NCBI RefSeq assembly: GCF_009914755.1
Contig: NC_060942.1
Strand: one strand, 5' to 3'
DNA length: 64,000 nucleotides
Source: the human T2T-CHM13v2.0 reference genome, Homo sapiens
The notes below the pieces were generated by a model. The model was not told the DNA's origin. It did not search any database and saw nothing but the letters and a program-made list of their open reading frames with translations. The position numbers and the translations under genes are program-made. The first letter of the stretch is position 1. Every line of letters starts with the position of its first letter. Shown here in pieces: positions 1 through 12,449 of this stretch.

Positions 1-1724
1 ATCAAAAAGCATAAAATATTTAGGAATAAATTTAACAAAGGAAATGTAAAATGAATACTCAAAAAAACTACAGAACATTGTTGAAAGAAATTAAGGAACA
101 TCAGAATAATTGGGAAAATGTCCTGTATTCATGGATCAGAAGACTATTTTAAGATGGTAATACTCCCTAAACTGATCTACAGATTCAGTGTAATCACCAT
201 CAGAATACCAGATGACTTCTTTGTAGAAATTGACAAACTGATTCTAAAACTCATATGGAATTGCAAAGGACTGAGAATAGCTGACAGAATTTTGAAAAAA
301 AAAAAGTAGAAAGATTCACAATTTTTTAAATTTCAAAACTTACTAGAAAGCCACAGTAATCAAGACTGTTGTAGCTGCATGAGGCTAGACATATAGTTCA
401 ATGGAATAAAATTGAAAGTCCAGAAATAAACCCAAACATCTATGGTCAACTGATTTTTGGCAAGATGCTAAGACCATCCAATGGTTTCTTTTCAACAATT
501 GGTGCTGGGATAACTGGATCGCCACATACAAATGAATTAATTGGCACCCTTACCTCAAACCATATACAAAAATTAACTCAAAATGGATCAAAGAATGACA
601 TAAGAACTAAACTGTAAAATTCTTAGAAGAAACCATAGCAGTAAATCTTGATGACCATGTATTCAGCAAAGGATTTCTGGATATAACACAAAAACCAAAA
701 GCAACAAAAGAAAAAAATAACTTGGACTTTATCAAAATTAAAAATTTTGTGCTTCAAAGGACACAATTTAAAAAGTACAAAGACAGCCCACAAAATGGGA
801 GAAAATATTTGGAAATCATGTACCTGAAAAGGGACTAGTACCCAAAATTTATCAAGAAATCTTATATCTCAATAATAAAAAGACAACTCAATTTCAAAAT
901 GGTCAAAAGACATACTAGACATTTCCTCTAAAAAAGATATACAAGTGGCCCATAAGCACATGAAAAGATGGTTCATATCATCAGTCATTAGCAAAATGCA
1001 AATCAAAACCACAGTGAGATATGACTCATACCTACTAGGATGGCTAGACTCCAAAAGTCGCATAACAACAAATGGTGGTGAGGATGTAGAGAAATCAATA
1101 ACTTTTTCACTGCTGGTGGTAATATAAATGGTACAGCCACTTTGGAAAGCAGTCTGGTAGTTCCTCAGATGACTAAACATAGAGTTAACATATAATCCAG
1201 CAACTCCACTCCTAGGTATATACCCTAGAAAAATGAAAACATATGTCCATGCAAAAAACTTGTACACAAATGTTTATAGTAGCATTATTCTTAATAGCCA
1301 AAAGGTTAAAACAATCCAAATGTCCATCAACCAACAAAATGTGATATAGACTTTAAATATAATATTGTTTGGCCATAAAAATGAAAGAAGTATTATACAT
1401 GCTACAACTTGGATGGACCTTGAAAACACTGTGCTATGTTAAAGAAGCCAGTCGCAAAAGACAACATACTATATGATTCCATTCATATAAAGTGTCCAGA
1501 ACAGAGAAATCTACAAAGACAGAAATTAATTTAGTAGTTACTTAAGGCTGGAGAGAGCAGGATAATTAGGTAATTAGAGGGATAATAGTTAAAGGCCAGG
1601 AGGTTTCTTTTTGAGTTTATGAAAATGTTCTAAAATTGACTGTGGGAGTGATCACACATCATTGAATACTTAATGAGTGAATTATAAGGCATTTAAGTTA
1701 GATTTCAATAGAGCCATTTTAAAA
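1..1724 (+). mobile_element. Old LINE-1 (L1MB-like), 3' part of ORF2 plus 3' UTR, degenerate
   Basis: ORF2 C-terminal remnants (ILPKLIYRFSVITIRIP; HMKRWFISSVISKMQIKTTVRY), typical L1 3' sequence, and many stops and frameshifts. Confidence 0.85.
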
Positions 1725-1829
1725 TATATATATACATCATCTGAATTATGGAAAATAGCCCTTCTTTTCAGAACAAGCAAAGTTTTTAAATTCTGTGATT
1801 TCTTTATTTCTATTTTTAATATTTTTGCT

Positions 1830-2130
1830 GAGGGAAAAATTGACTGCATTAGTGTATAGTTTGATACATGCTTATTAATGTAATATTCATGTGTCTGCCA
1901 CCCAGATAAGAAACAGATCAGTTCCATTACCCTAGCATGCACATTTTTCCTCCTTTCCAGATATACTCCCTTCCAAAGGTAACCCCTATTTTGACTGTAA
2001 TTCGAGATCAGTTTTGCCACCTTTTAAGTTTCACATATATGTTCTCTCTTTTATCTGGCTTCTTTTGCTCAACATTAGTTCCCTAAGACTTGTTCATGTG
2101 TAACAGTCATTTATTCTTCTTTGTTTTTAT
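1830..2130 (-). mobile_element. L1ME-like 3' fragment (left part; resumes at about 8700-8875)
   Basis: Antisense L1 3' motifs (tctggcttcttttgctcaacatt) continuing as tttattgctgagtagcattccatt at 8716. Confidence 0.55.
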
Positions 2131-2859
2131 TGCCTAAAGCCCATACTTTACTCAGATTTTCTTAATTTTTACCTAATGTCTTTTTTCAGTTCTAGGATCC
2201 CATAAAGGACACCACACTATGCTCATTATACCTCTTTAGGCTTGTCTGTGGCTGTGTCAGCTTTCTAAACTTCCCTTGTTTTTAATGACCTTAACAGTTT
2301 TAAGGAGTACTGGTCAGGCATTTTGTAGGATGCCTTTCTACTGAAATTTATCTGATGTTTTTCTCATAATTAGATAGTAATTATGAGGTTTCAGAAGGAA
2401 AGCCATGATGGTCAGGTGCAATTTTCATCTGATCTTATCAAGAGTAAATATAATCACATAATTTGTCACTCTTGATACTAACCTTGAGCAGCTAGCTGAA
2501 GTAGTCTTTGTCAAATTTCTCCATTGTAAAGTTACTTTCCCCCCATTTCCATACTCTACTTTTTGTCAGGGAATGACTATATGCCCATACTGAAAGAATG
2601 GGAAGTTATGCTCTGCCTCCTTGACGATGGGCTAGCTATATAAATTACTTGGATTCTTCTCTACAGGAGCTGTCTGTTTCCCCTAATTTATCTACTTACT
2701 TATTTAATCATTTATATCAGCACAGAGTCTGTATATTTACTTTATACTCTGGACTTCAATCCAGTATTTTTTTTGCTCAAATTGTTTCAACTCCTGTGTC
2801 TCTTTGACATTCTCCCATGAATTTTTATTTTGCTTTTTTCTTTTCTTTTTGAGCATTTC

Positions 2860-5355
2860 TTTTTTTTTAAATTTCAACTTTTATTTTAGGTACGGGGGTA
2901 AATGTGCAGGTTTGTTACGTTGCACCCAGGTACTGAGCATTGTGCCCAATAGGTAGTCTTTCAATCCATGTCCCTTTTCTCTATCCCCCCATAGTAGGGT
3001 CCCCAGTGTCTATTGTTCTCATTTTACTGTCCATATATGCTCAATGTTTAGCTCCCACTTACAAGTGTGAACATTTATTATTTGGTTTTCTGTTACTGAG
3101 TTAATTTGCTTAGGATTATTGGCCTCCAGTTCCATCCATTATGCTGCAAAGGACACGATTTCATTTGTTTATGACTGTGTAGTATTTCATGGTGTACATA
3201 TACTACATTTTCTTTATCCAATCCATCATTGATGGGTACCTAGGTTGATTCCATGTTGTGATGGTTAATATTGAGTGTCAACTTGATTGGATTGAAGGAT
3301 GCAGAGTATTATTCCTGTATGTGTCTGTGAGGGTGCTGCCAAAGGAGATTAACATTTGAGTTAGTGGACTGGGAGAGGCAGATCCACCCTCAATCTGAGT
3401 AGGCATCATCTAATGAGCTGCCAGTGTGGCTAGAATAAAGCAGGCAGAAGAAAGTGGAATGAGAAGACTTGCTGAGTCTTCCAGCCTTCATCTTTCTCCC
3501 TTGCTGGATGCTTCCTGCCCTCAAACATCAGACTCCAAGTTCTTCAGCTTTTGAACTCTTAGACTTGCACCAGTGAGTTGCCAGGGGCCCTCAGGCCTTC
3601 GGCCACAGACTGAAGGCTACACTGTCAGCTTCCCAACTTTTGAGGTCTGGGGACTTGGACTGGCTACCTTGCTCCTCAGCTTGCAGACAGCCTATTGTGG
3701 GACTTCACCTTGTGATACTGTGAGTCAATTCTCCTAATTCTCCTAATTTGTGTTGTCTCTGATTTCTTTCCTAATAAACTCCCCCTCATATATACGTACA
3801 TCCTATTAGTTCTGTCCCTTTAGAGAACCTTGACTAACACACATGTGTTCATTATTTGAATAGCATGGCAATGAACACATGACTGCATGTGTCTTTTTGG
3901 TATAATTATCTATTTTCCTTTGGGTATATACCCAGTAATGGGATTGCTGGGTCAAGTTGTAGCTCTGTTTTAAGTTCTTTGAGAAATCTCCAACCTGCTT
4001 TCCACAGTAGCCGAACTAATTTACATTCCCACCTTTTCTCTGCAGCCTAATCAGCATCTGTTGTTTTTTGACTTTTTAATAATAGCCATTCTGACTGGTG
4101 TGAGATGGTATCTCATTGTGGTTTTGATTTGCATTTCTGTAATGATTAGTGATGATGAGCATCTTTTCATGTTTGTTGGCCACTTTTATATTTTATTTTG
4201 AGAAGTGCCTGTTCATGTCTTTTGCCCACTTTTTAATTGGTTATTTGGTTTTTGCTCGTTGATTTGTTTAAAGTCCTTACAGATTCTGGATATTAAACAT
4301 TTTCAGATACCTAGTTTGCAAATATTATATCCCATTCTGTAGGTTGTCTGTTTACTCTGTTGACAGTTTCTTTGCTGGGCAGAAGCTCTTTAGTTTAATT
4401 AGGTCACACTTGTCAATTTTTGTTTTCATTGCAATTACTTTTGGGGACTTAGCCAAAAATTATTTGGCAAGACTGATGTTGAGAAGAATATTTCTTAGGT
4501 TTTTTTCTGGGCTTTTTATTCTTTCAGGTCTTACATTTAAATCTTTAATCCATCTTGAGCTAATTTTTGTACATGCTGAAAGGTAAGGGTCCAGTTTCAT
4601 TCTCCATATGGCTAGCCATTATGCCAGAACCATTTATTTTATAAGCAGTCCTTTCCCCATTGCTTGTATTTGTCGGCCTTGTTGAAGATCAAATAGTTGT
4701 AGGTGTGTGGCTTCATTTCTAAATTTTCTATTCTGTTCCATTGGTCTATGTGTCTGTTTTTGTACCAGTACCATGCTGTTTTGGTTACTGTAGCCTGTAG
4801 TATAGTTTGAAGTAGGATAGTGTGATATCTTTGACTTTATTCTTTTTGCTTGGGATTGCTTTGGCTATTTAGGCTATTTTTTGGTTTCATATGAATTTTT
4901 GAACAGTTTTTTTTTCTAATTCTGTCAAGAATGACATTGGTAGTTTAAAAGGTATAGCATTAAATCAGTAAAGTGCTTTAAGTAGTATGACCATTTTAAT
5001 TATATTGATTCTTCCAAACCATGAGCATGGAATGTTTTTTCCATTTATTTCTGTTGTCTCTGATTTCTTTCAGCAATATTTTGTAGTTCTCCTTTAGAGA
5101 TCTTTTACCACCTTGGTTAGCTGTATTCCTGGATATTTCATTTTCTTTGTGGCTATTGTAAATGGGGTTGTGTTCTTGATTTGACTCAGCCTAGATGTTA
5201 TTGGTGTATAGAAATGTTACTGACTTGTTCACATAGATTTTGTATCCTGAAAAATTGCTAAAATCATTAATCAGTTCTAGTAGCCTTTTGGTAGAGTCTT
5301 TAGGGTTTTGTAAACATAGAATCATATTGTCAGTGAAGAGACATAGTTTGACTTC
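2860..5355 (-). mobile_element. 5'-truncated primate L1 (L1PB/old L1PA-like)
   Basis: T-tract then caacttttattttaggtacgggggtaaatgtgcagg; ORF2 RT-region remnant (LFTDNMILCLQNPKDSTKRLLELINDFS) at the 5' end; interrupted by MLT2. Confidence 0.85.
3257..3841 (+). mobile_element. MLT2A-type (ERVL) solo LTR
   Basis: Starts tgtgatggttaatattgagtgtcaacttg and ends gactaacaca; 5-bp TSD catgt at 3252-3256 and 3842-3846. Confidence 0.9.
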
Positions 5356-5620
5356 TTTACTTTCTAGCACAATAAGAAGTTCCAGGCTCATCTCATGTAT
5401 TTCCACCTCCAGTCCTAGAATCAGCCATTTCTCCAAGGATTCCTGGATCCTTTTATTGGAGAATGGTATTAAAAATGAAGATCTGAGTGCTAGATATGTT
5501 CATTGTAACTCGGGTGCCATTAATTCTAGTCCCCGTCAGCTGACAGAGCAGGGAAATACATGGTTGTATACTAACCCATGTATACATACATATCTATAAA
5601 TATTTATATATGTAAGCATC

Positions 5621-6445
5621 TGTATTAGTTTCTTGTTGCTTCTGTAACACACTGCCAAAAATCTAAATGCCAAAAATGTATTATCTTTCTAGTTCTGGAG
5701 GCTCGAATTCTAAAATGAGTTAGCTTGGCTGTCATCCTTCCATATGCTCTAGGGCAGAATTGTTTCCTTGACATTTTATGTTATAGAGGCTGTAAGTTCC
5801 TTGGCACATGTTCTTGGCTCATGGCTCCACATTGCGCTTACCTCTGATTCCATTGTCACACCTCTTTCTCTGGCTCTGACTCTCCTGTATCCCTCTTATA
5901 AGAACTCATGTGATTACATTGGGTTTGCCTGAATAATCTGGGATAATGTTCTCAACTCAAAATTCTTAATCACATTTGCAAAATCCCTTTTTCACATAAA
6001 ATAATGTATTCACAGTCTATTAGGATTAGGATGTGGATTTCTTTGAAATACCATTATTAAGCCTACAGTGGGCTAAATTATGCCCCTGCAAAACTCACAT
6101 GCCTACGCCCTAACCCCCGATACCTCAGCATTTGACTATATTTGGAGATAGGGCCTTAAATGAGGTCAATTAGGGTGGTCCCTAATACAATCTGATTAGT
6201 GTCCTTATAAGAGGAAGAGATACTAAAGGTTCATGCACACAGAGAGAAAGACCATGTGAGGACATAGCAAGAAGGCAGCCACCTGCAAGCCAAGGAATGG
6301 GGCCTCAGAAGACACCAAACGGGCAGAAACTGTGATCTTGAACTCTAGCCTCCAGAACCATTAGAAAATTAATTTCTAATATTTAAGCCACTCAGTCTGT
6401 GGCATCTTATTATGGCAGCCCTAGCAAATGAATACACCTACAATA
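5621..6445 (-). mobile_element. MLT1 (MaLR) LTR, interrupted near its end by a second MLT1
   Basis: tgtattagtttc...ccattattaagcctac[insert]cctacaata; degenerate TSD gcatc/ccata. Confidence 0.75.
6067..6436 (+). mobile_element. MLT1A/B-type LTR nested in the opposite orientation
   Basis: Ends ggcagccctagcaaatgaataca; TSD cctac at 6062-6066 and 6437-6441. Confidence 0.8.
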
Positions 6446-8039
6446 CCATATGTATCTATATTAAGCTAAGCATCAGTTCATACTGATTTCTCACACTCTA
6501 ATCTGTTACCCCTGTCTCATTCTAGCCTCCTCTGCTTACTCATCTACCATCTCACGTTCCAAAAGTGGGACATGTGGCTCCCAACATCCACCATCCATTT
6601 ACATAACTGTTTAATTCCAATATATATGTGTGGTGGTATCAGAATTATTAACCCATACCTCTGTGGGAACAATTTTATCCACTAGAATACAATGTTTAGT
6701 ACAGTTTTGCCAATAATCTTACAGACTCCACACATTTTCAAAGCTACTTATCTCAGCACATTTTGCCCTTACCTCCTACAATTAGATTGAGATTGTTTTG
6801 TCACATTCTGTATTCCATCCCTTAACTTTTTAAATTACTTTTTAATGTACATACATTAAGCATTACTTTATAGCTGTAAGGCCCTATAGATTTTGACAAA
6901 TGCACAGTGTCATATACTTATTATTTCAATATTATACAGAATAGATTCAGCACCCTGAAAAATTCCCTGTGCTTTACCTTTTCAACATTCCCTCCCCACC
7001 TCAAAAAAAATCCTAGCAAATATTGATCTTTGTATGGTTTCCATTGTTTTGCTTTATTTCATGTCACATAATAAAATCATACATTATGTGGACTTTTTAT
7101 GCTGATGTTTTTCGCTTAGTAATATGCATTTAAGATTTATTCATGTCTTTTCATGGCTTCATAGCTCATTTCTTTTTATTACTAAATAATATTACATTGT
7201 ATGGATGTACATCGTTTATCCATTGGCTTATTGAATGACATCTTGGCTTTTTACAATTTGGAGTAATTATGTTTCTTTAAGCATTCAAATGCAGGTTTTT
7301 ACATGGACATAAATTTCAACTAGTTTTATTATTGTTGTAATGCTAGCTTCACAGAATAAATTAGGAAGTGTTCCCTCTAGTTCTATTTTCTGAAAGATAC
7401 TGTAAAGAATTGGTATTATTTCCTCTTTAAATGTTCAGTAAAACTCACCCATAACACCATCTGAGCCTGGTGCTTTCTTTTTCTGAAAAGTTACTAATTA
7501 TTGATTTAATTTCTTCAGGAAATATAGGCCTATTTAGATTATCTAATTTTCTTTGCATGAGTTTTTATAGTTTGTATCTTCAATGAATTGGTCCATTTTA
7601 TTTTAGTTATTAAAGTTTTAGGTATATGTCTCTGTGCTGTGACCATAAGTGCATCTCTAATATCATAACATTTTTTCACCCTTAGGTAAGATGCCAAGGC
7701 TCAAGAGAGCTGAAGTAAGAGCAGTGTGCTTACCCCAGCTGAGATAACGCTCTGCTATAAGATATAGTCTTCCTTGGAGAGTAGACCTTTGTTATGGAGA
7801 ATGCTCTGGGCTTTTTGCACAATGATTACCCTACTCCTCCTCCTTCCAGAGCCATAAGGAGATGTTTCTTAGCTCTTCATCATGAAAATTTGGAGGAGTT
7901 CCTGAAAGTAATACCCACAAAAGTTTGGGGCCCCCCAAAATGCATCCCCAAGAATTTCTTACCCTCATACTAGTCCACATTCAGCTTCCAACAATTCATC
8001 AAAATTATCATTTAAATCTTCCCATAACCTCAGTTTTTT

Positions 8040-8579
8040 CAACTTTTGTTTCATTTTTAATTGACAAATAATAATTGTATATATTCATGGGTACAGTGTG
8101 ATGTTTTGGTATATGTTTACATTGTGGAATGATTAAGTAAAGCTAATTAACATATTCATCACTTCACATGCTTATCAATTTTTTGTGGGAATATTTAAAA
8201 TCTAGTCTTTAAGCAATTTTGAAATCTAAAGTACATTATTATTAACTACGGTCACCATTCTGTGCAATAAATCACTAAAGCTTATTCCTCCTGTCTAGCT
8301 AAAATTTTGTACCCTTTTACCATTGTCTTCCTTTTCCCTATCCATCTGCCTCCCATAGCACCATTCTACTCTTTCCTTCTATGAGTTCTACTTTTTGGAT
8401 TCCACATATAAGTGAGATCACATGTTATTCATCTTTCTGTGTCTGGCTTATTTCGCCTAGCATAATGTCCATGTTGTCCCAAATGACAGAATTTCCTTCC
8501 TTTTAAAAAGTGATAGTATTCCATTGTCTATATGCCACATTTTCTTTATCCATTCATCCGCTTATGGACACTTAGCTCC
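8040..8579 (-). mobile_element. L1MA-type 3' fragment with perfect 14-bp TSD
   Basis: aacctcagtttttt at 8026-8039 and 8580-8593; L1MA 3'-end motif ttttaattgacaaataataattgtatat. Confidence 0.85.
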
Positions 8580-8922
8580 AACCTCAGTTTTTTGATGGAT
8601 CCAAAGAAAGTCATTAATGTTCAATGTATTCAGCAAGAATAAACAGGAATAGTGAGTTCCAAGCTCTTTACATGTTGGTTCTAAAACAGGAATAATAAGC
8701 AAGAAGTTTATTCTTTTTTATTGCTGAGTAGCATTCCATTATGTAAATATACCAATTTTTTTATTCATTATCCTTCTGATGGATTTTTGGATTGCTTCAA
8801 GTTTTTGGCCATTATGCATAAAGCTGCTGTGAACCTTCTTTTAACTGGCTTTTCGTGGACATAAACAATCATTAATTTTATAATTCCAGACTCAGACTAA
8901 ACCACAGATCACAACAAGTTAC

Positions 8923-9013
8923 CTGTATATAGTAAAATATCTTTACAGCAAAAGAATCACACACAACATAACCAGCTTTATAACTCACTAGGCACTGGGG
9001 TACTGGATATTCT
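8923..9013 (-). pseudogene. Putative exon 12 (91 nt, phase 2 to 0): EYPVPQCLVSYKAGYVVCDSFAVKIFYYIQ
   Basis: Acceptor ctgttttctgcag| and donor cag|gtaact; open frame; the preceding intron is only 37 nt. Confidence 0.45.
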
Positions 9014-9050
9014 CTGCAGAAAACAGATTTGAATAGAACATCTAACTTAC

Positions 9051-9138
9051 TGTTGATAGACTTCTTTCCGAGAATCATCAATTATTATGGCACAGTCGAT
9101 GTACTCAGGTACACATAGAAGTAACTTCCTTTATTTTC
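9051..9138 (-). pseudogene. Putative exon 11 (88 nt, phase 1 to 2): K*RKLLLCVPEYIDCAIIIDDSRKEVYQ
   Basis: Acceptor atattttttag| and donor aca|gtaagt; one TAA. Confidence 0.5.
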
Positions 9139-9761
9139 CTAAAAAATATATTTTTGTTGAGCCAACAATTGACTTGGTGACAGCATATGCAAGCTTAATC
9201 TTTTCTAAGTAAACCCAATTGATTGAGGATTTCACTCAGCCAATAAAAATTTCATATTCTTACTTGTTCTCTTCCCCTTCCTCTTCCCTCTCCCTGTGAT
9301 TTCTCTCCCTGATTCTAAGCTCTGGGGTATAGAGAGTGCCATTATGTTGGAGAAGAGGTGACATCTTGATCTTCCCTGTCTGGAACTTGCTGAAAAAAAA
9401 TTCTCTAGAGGACTCTTTATCTCATAGGTGTTCACTCTTTTTTGAGAATTTGTATACTATTTTATTATATTGATACTTTGTCAACTGAAAATATTATTTT
9501 CATAAGTTATAACAAGTTATCAAATATCTGCAATTATTTTGTGTGTAAAACTTAAACTGCAGTACAAATGTTGTCTGCAAATCATATCCTTTTTAACCTT
9601 AGGTTATATCAAATAATCAGGAATATCTGCAGCTGAATCACTTTACGGTAGTGCCACCTGACTAAGAAAATATTCTATAAACAATACAATCATCTGTAGT
9701 AGGTTATTTCAAGGTGAACATAGCATATGTTTTAATTCTTACTTTTAAGAATGTTAATCTA

Positions 9762-10020
9762 TAATGGGTACAAAAATACACTTAGAAGGAATAAGTTCTA
9801 GTGTTCAATAGCACAGTAGGGTAACTGTAGATAGCAATAATTATTTTTTTTAAATAGCTGGAAGAGAAGAATTGTAATGTCCCCAACACAAAGAAAAGGT
9901 AAATGTTTGAAATGATAAATAACCCAATTACCCTGATGTATCATTACACATTGTATGCATGTATCAAAATATCACATGTACCCCATAAAGATGTACAATT
10001 ATTATGTATCTATAAAAACA
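9762..10020 (+). mobile_element. L1MA-type 3' end fragment
   Basis: aatgggtacaaaaatacacttag...aaatatcacatgtaccccataaa followed by a decayed A tail. Confidence 0.8.
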
Positions 10021-10218
10021 TACATTTTTCAATAATAAATGTTTAATGGGTCCCCAGAATGAAGAAGAATATCAACTTGTATGTGGCAAGTTCTATTTAT
10101 CCTTAGTATAAAGGAGAATAATTCTCCTCTATCACTATCATTTCTTATAAAAAGCTATTTTTACCAAATTTTAGTTGACCTACTTTTTACAGTCATCTAA
10201 TTTGTCCGCAACCCCCTC

Positions 10219-10219
<1 letters not shown>

Positions 10220-10264
<45 letters not shown>
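10220..10264. repeat. (CA)n microsatellite
   Basis: About 22 perfect units. Confidence 0.97.
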
Positions 10265-10266
<2 letters not shown>

Positions 10267-10320
10267 TAAGGCTTGAGAGATTTTAACATGATACTTAAAG
10301 CCCAGCTTCTGAACTTTTAC

Positions 10321-10436
10321 TGGAACTGATCATGATATCAGCAAGACAAAGTGAACATTTCTTTATTGGAACCAGGAAAATCTTAAGAGTCAATGAAGTC
10401 AGTTCAGAACTTGTTGCTAGCCAGTCCATAGAACAT
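10321..10436 (-). pseudogene. Putative exon 10 (116 nt, phase 2 to 1): CSMDWLATSSELTSLTLKIFLVPIKKCSLCLADIMISS
   Basis: Acceptor caatttcctag| and a weak donor cca|gtaaaa; 38 open codons; the junction codon with exon 9 reads TG|A. Confidence 0.4.
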
Positions 10437-10849
10437 CTAGGAAATTGAGCTTCATTTGGATTTTCTTGAGATAGATTATGATAGTCAAATTGAGCAGATT
10501 TTTGGTCTTTAGAAAATTTTAACTTGATGTAAACTTATATAATATGGTAGATGTGAAATGAATCACATAATTTTTTAAATAACTGAGTTTTGTAATTATT
10601 AGTGTAATTCTCATTAGATATTAGTAAATATAAACCTACATTTTTCTGATTTTTAGTTTCTTCAATGTTAAAATGGTACAAGAGGTAAGAAGTTGAACTA
10701 AATTAACTCTAAAGATTCTTCCCAGTCAAAAATTTTGTACTTTTCACTTTCCACTTAAATTTACTTCTACCAGAACACAGGAGAAGGGAATGCCTATAAG
10801 GCTAAGAAAATGGCAAAAGATATAAGGGACACAGAGTACATTACATGTT

Positions 10850-11450
10850 TGGGAGATAGAATCAAGCAATTGGATTACAGCAGAGGGTTTATGTTGAGAT
10901 TAGTACAAAGTACAGCTTGAAAGGTAGTTTGGAGCAGAATTATAAATAGCCTTGAACAGTAGGCTAAAAATTTTGTGTATCATTCTACAGATAATGGAAA
11001 ACTGTTTCAGGAGTTCAAGTTAAAGTGAGCACAATAATGGTTTAAAAGGAATGATCTAGTGTTAACAATTACAAATGAATTAAAAGTGAGATAGGCTGGA
11101 AGAAGAAAAATCAATAGAGGGGATGTTTGTAAAATAGGTGTGAGCTAATCATAGCTTCAGCAAGGTGATGTCATAGAATAGCAAGAATTCATAGACTAAC
11201 AAAATCTGGAAAAAAGAATCAGTGAAACTGGCTGATATATCAAGCTAATGAGAAGAAAGTCAGACAATTCCAATTTTATGTTGGGAGAATTACATTTTTA
11301 CTTTGTTCAACATGGAAAGCTCTTAGAGAAAATAGAAAATATGAGTTCAGTTTTAGAGGCTTTCAATTTGAAGCATAAATAGACATAAGAAAGGAAATAT
11401 GCTGTTTGCAGCGAAAAATGCAAGCCTAGGTGAGAGGTCAGAGTTGTATC
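10850..11450 (-). mobile_element. L2 fragment, highly degenerate
   Basis: Purine-rich L2 antisense motifs (gaaaaggtagtttggagcag; gagttcagttttaga; ggtgagaggtcagag). Confidence 0.55.
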
Positions 11451-11564
11451 CATTTTAATTTTAAGTAAAACTTCACTTAAAAAAACAGACAGATAAAATA
11501 GTAAGGTTTCAATTTGAACATCGCATTGAAAAACTGAAGAGATCTAGTCATTTATATTACTTAC

Positions 11565-11684
11565 CATGTTTTTAATTTATCCTCAGACATATTAGTTATC
11601 TTCTCAATTTAATCATGTCTCTTTTATTCATGTGCTTTGCTGGAATATTGCAAGCAATATCTTCTGATTTGGCAGAGCTTAGCT
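11565..11684 (-). pseudogene. Putative exon 9 (120 nt, phase 2 to 2): AKLCQIRRYCLQYSSKAHE*KRHD*IEKITNMSEDKLKT
   Basis: Acceptor cattcagtttacag| and donor atg|gtaagt; two TAA. Confidence 0.5.
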
Positions 11685-11751
11685 CTGTAAACTGAATGTT
11701 TATTATCAAAGAATAATTTTTACCATTTAATTAAGTGTTCCCAATTAATAC

Positions 11752-12003
11752 CTTGAACAGAAATGAGTAGTGCTAGTTTTCTTAGCAAAAGAGGTCTCTG
11801 AATATATTGTGCCTACTAATGCTAACGTAACGGGTTCAAAGCAGTGGGAAAATAATTCTGTTTTATGGAACTGATTGATTAAGTCCCAATCAAAGCAGTT
11901 AATTTAATATTTTTGGGGTAGCACCACAGTATGATCTTCTTCCAAATCAATATAATTTCTTTTTGCATGTTAAAGAGCCTCAGAACATGTAAGTGGTCAA
12001 GTC
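11752..12003 (-). pseudogene. Putative exon 8 (252 nt, phase 1 to 2): LDHLHVLRLFNMQKEIILIWKKIILWCYPKNIK/INCFDWDLINQFHKTELFSHCFEPVTLALVGTIYSETSFAKKTSTTHFCS
   Basis: Acceptor gtttaattacag| and donor aag|gtatta; no stop codons once one base is restored in the run at 11903-11905. Confidence 0.55.
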
Positions 12004-12237
12004 CTGTAATTAAACTAGCCCCAGTCTCCTTATTTGAGCAATGAGAAATTGGAATGACAGCTAAGTTCCCTTTCAGTGAGCACATTTTATTATATATAAA
12101 CACTACATCATTGAAAAAAACAAAAAGATCTTATTATTGAATATTTCAGGTGTACTAAAAATGTGTCAAAATTAAAAATTCCAAGAAATTCTAAAATCAT
12201 GGAGTGTCCTCACTAATATCACCTGGAATTTATTTTA

Positions 12238-12317
12238 TTAAGTTGGTACCAAAGTAATTGCAGTTTTTGCCATTGAAAGTAATGGTAAAAACCACAAAAA
12301 CTTTTGTGCCAACCTAA
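12238..12317. mobile_element. MADE1 (Hsmar1-derived MITE)
   Basis: 80-bp near-palindrome ttaagttggtaccaaagtaattgcagttttt...cttttgtgccaacctaa flanked by a TA TSD. Confidence 0.92.
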
Positions 12318-12449
12318 TACACAAAGTTTTCTACCTAGCAAATGTAAAGATTTCCAGGTTTGCATTAACTACCTTTTCAAAAGGGAGGAAATAACAGCAA
12401 ATATCCTAAGCCCCATCTCAGTTGACATAGCAAACAAGTCTGTAGTATA

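Larger units (their letters stand above)
2131..8700 (-). mobile_element. Fragmented L1MC/L1MD-type element hosting nested insertions
   Basis: L1M 3' UTR motifs at 2135-2850 resume at 5356 (ttctagcacaataagaagttccaggctcatc) and again at 6450; ORF2 and 5'-region remnants at 7325-8700. Confidence 0.65.

Noticed and set aside
118-5599. ORFs with L1 ORF2 similarity, or antisense to it
   Set aside because: Fragments of degenerate L1 copies, not genes.
9598-9674. Possible extra minus-strand exon (YFLSQVALP*SDSAADIPDYLI*PK)
   Set aside because: Weak donor, two stops in 25 codons, and it would force a worse frame in the next exon.
12238-12317. Hairpin resembling a pre-miRNA
   Set aside because: The palindrome is inherent to MADE1; no expression evidence for a miR-548-like gene here.
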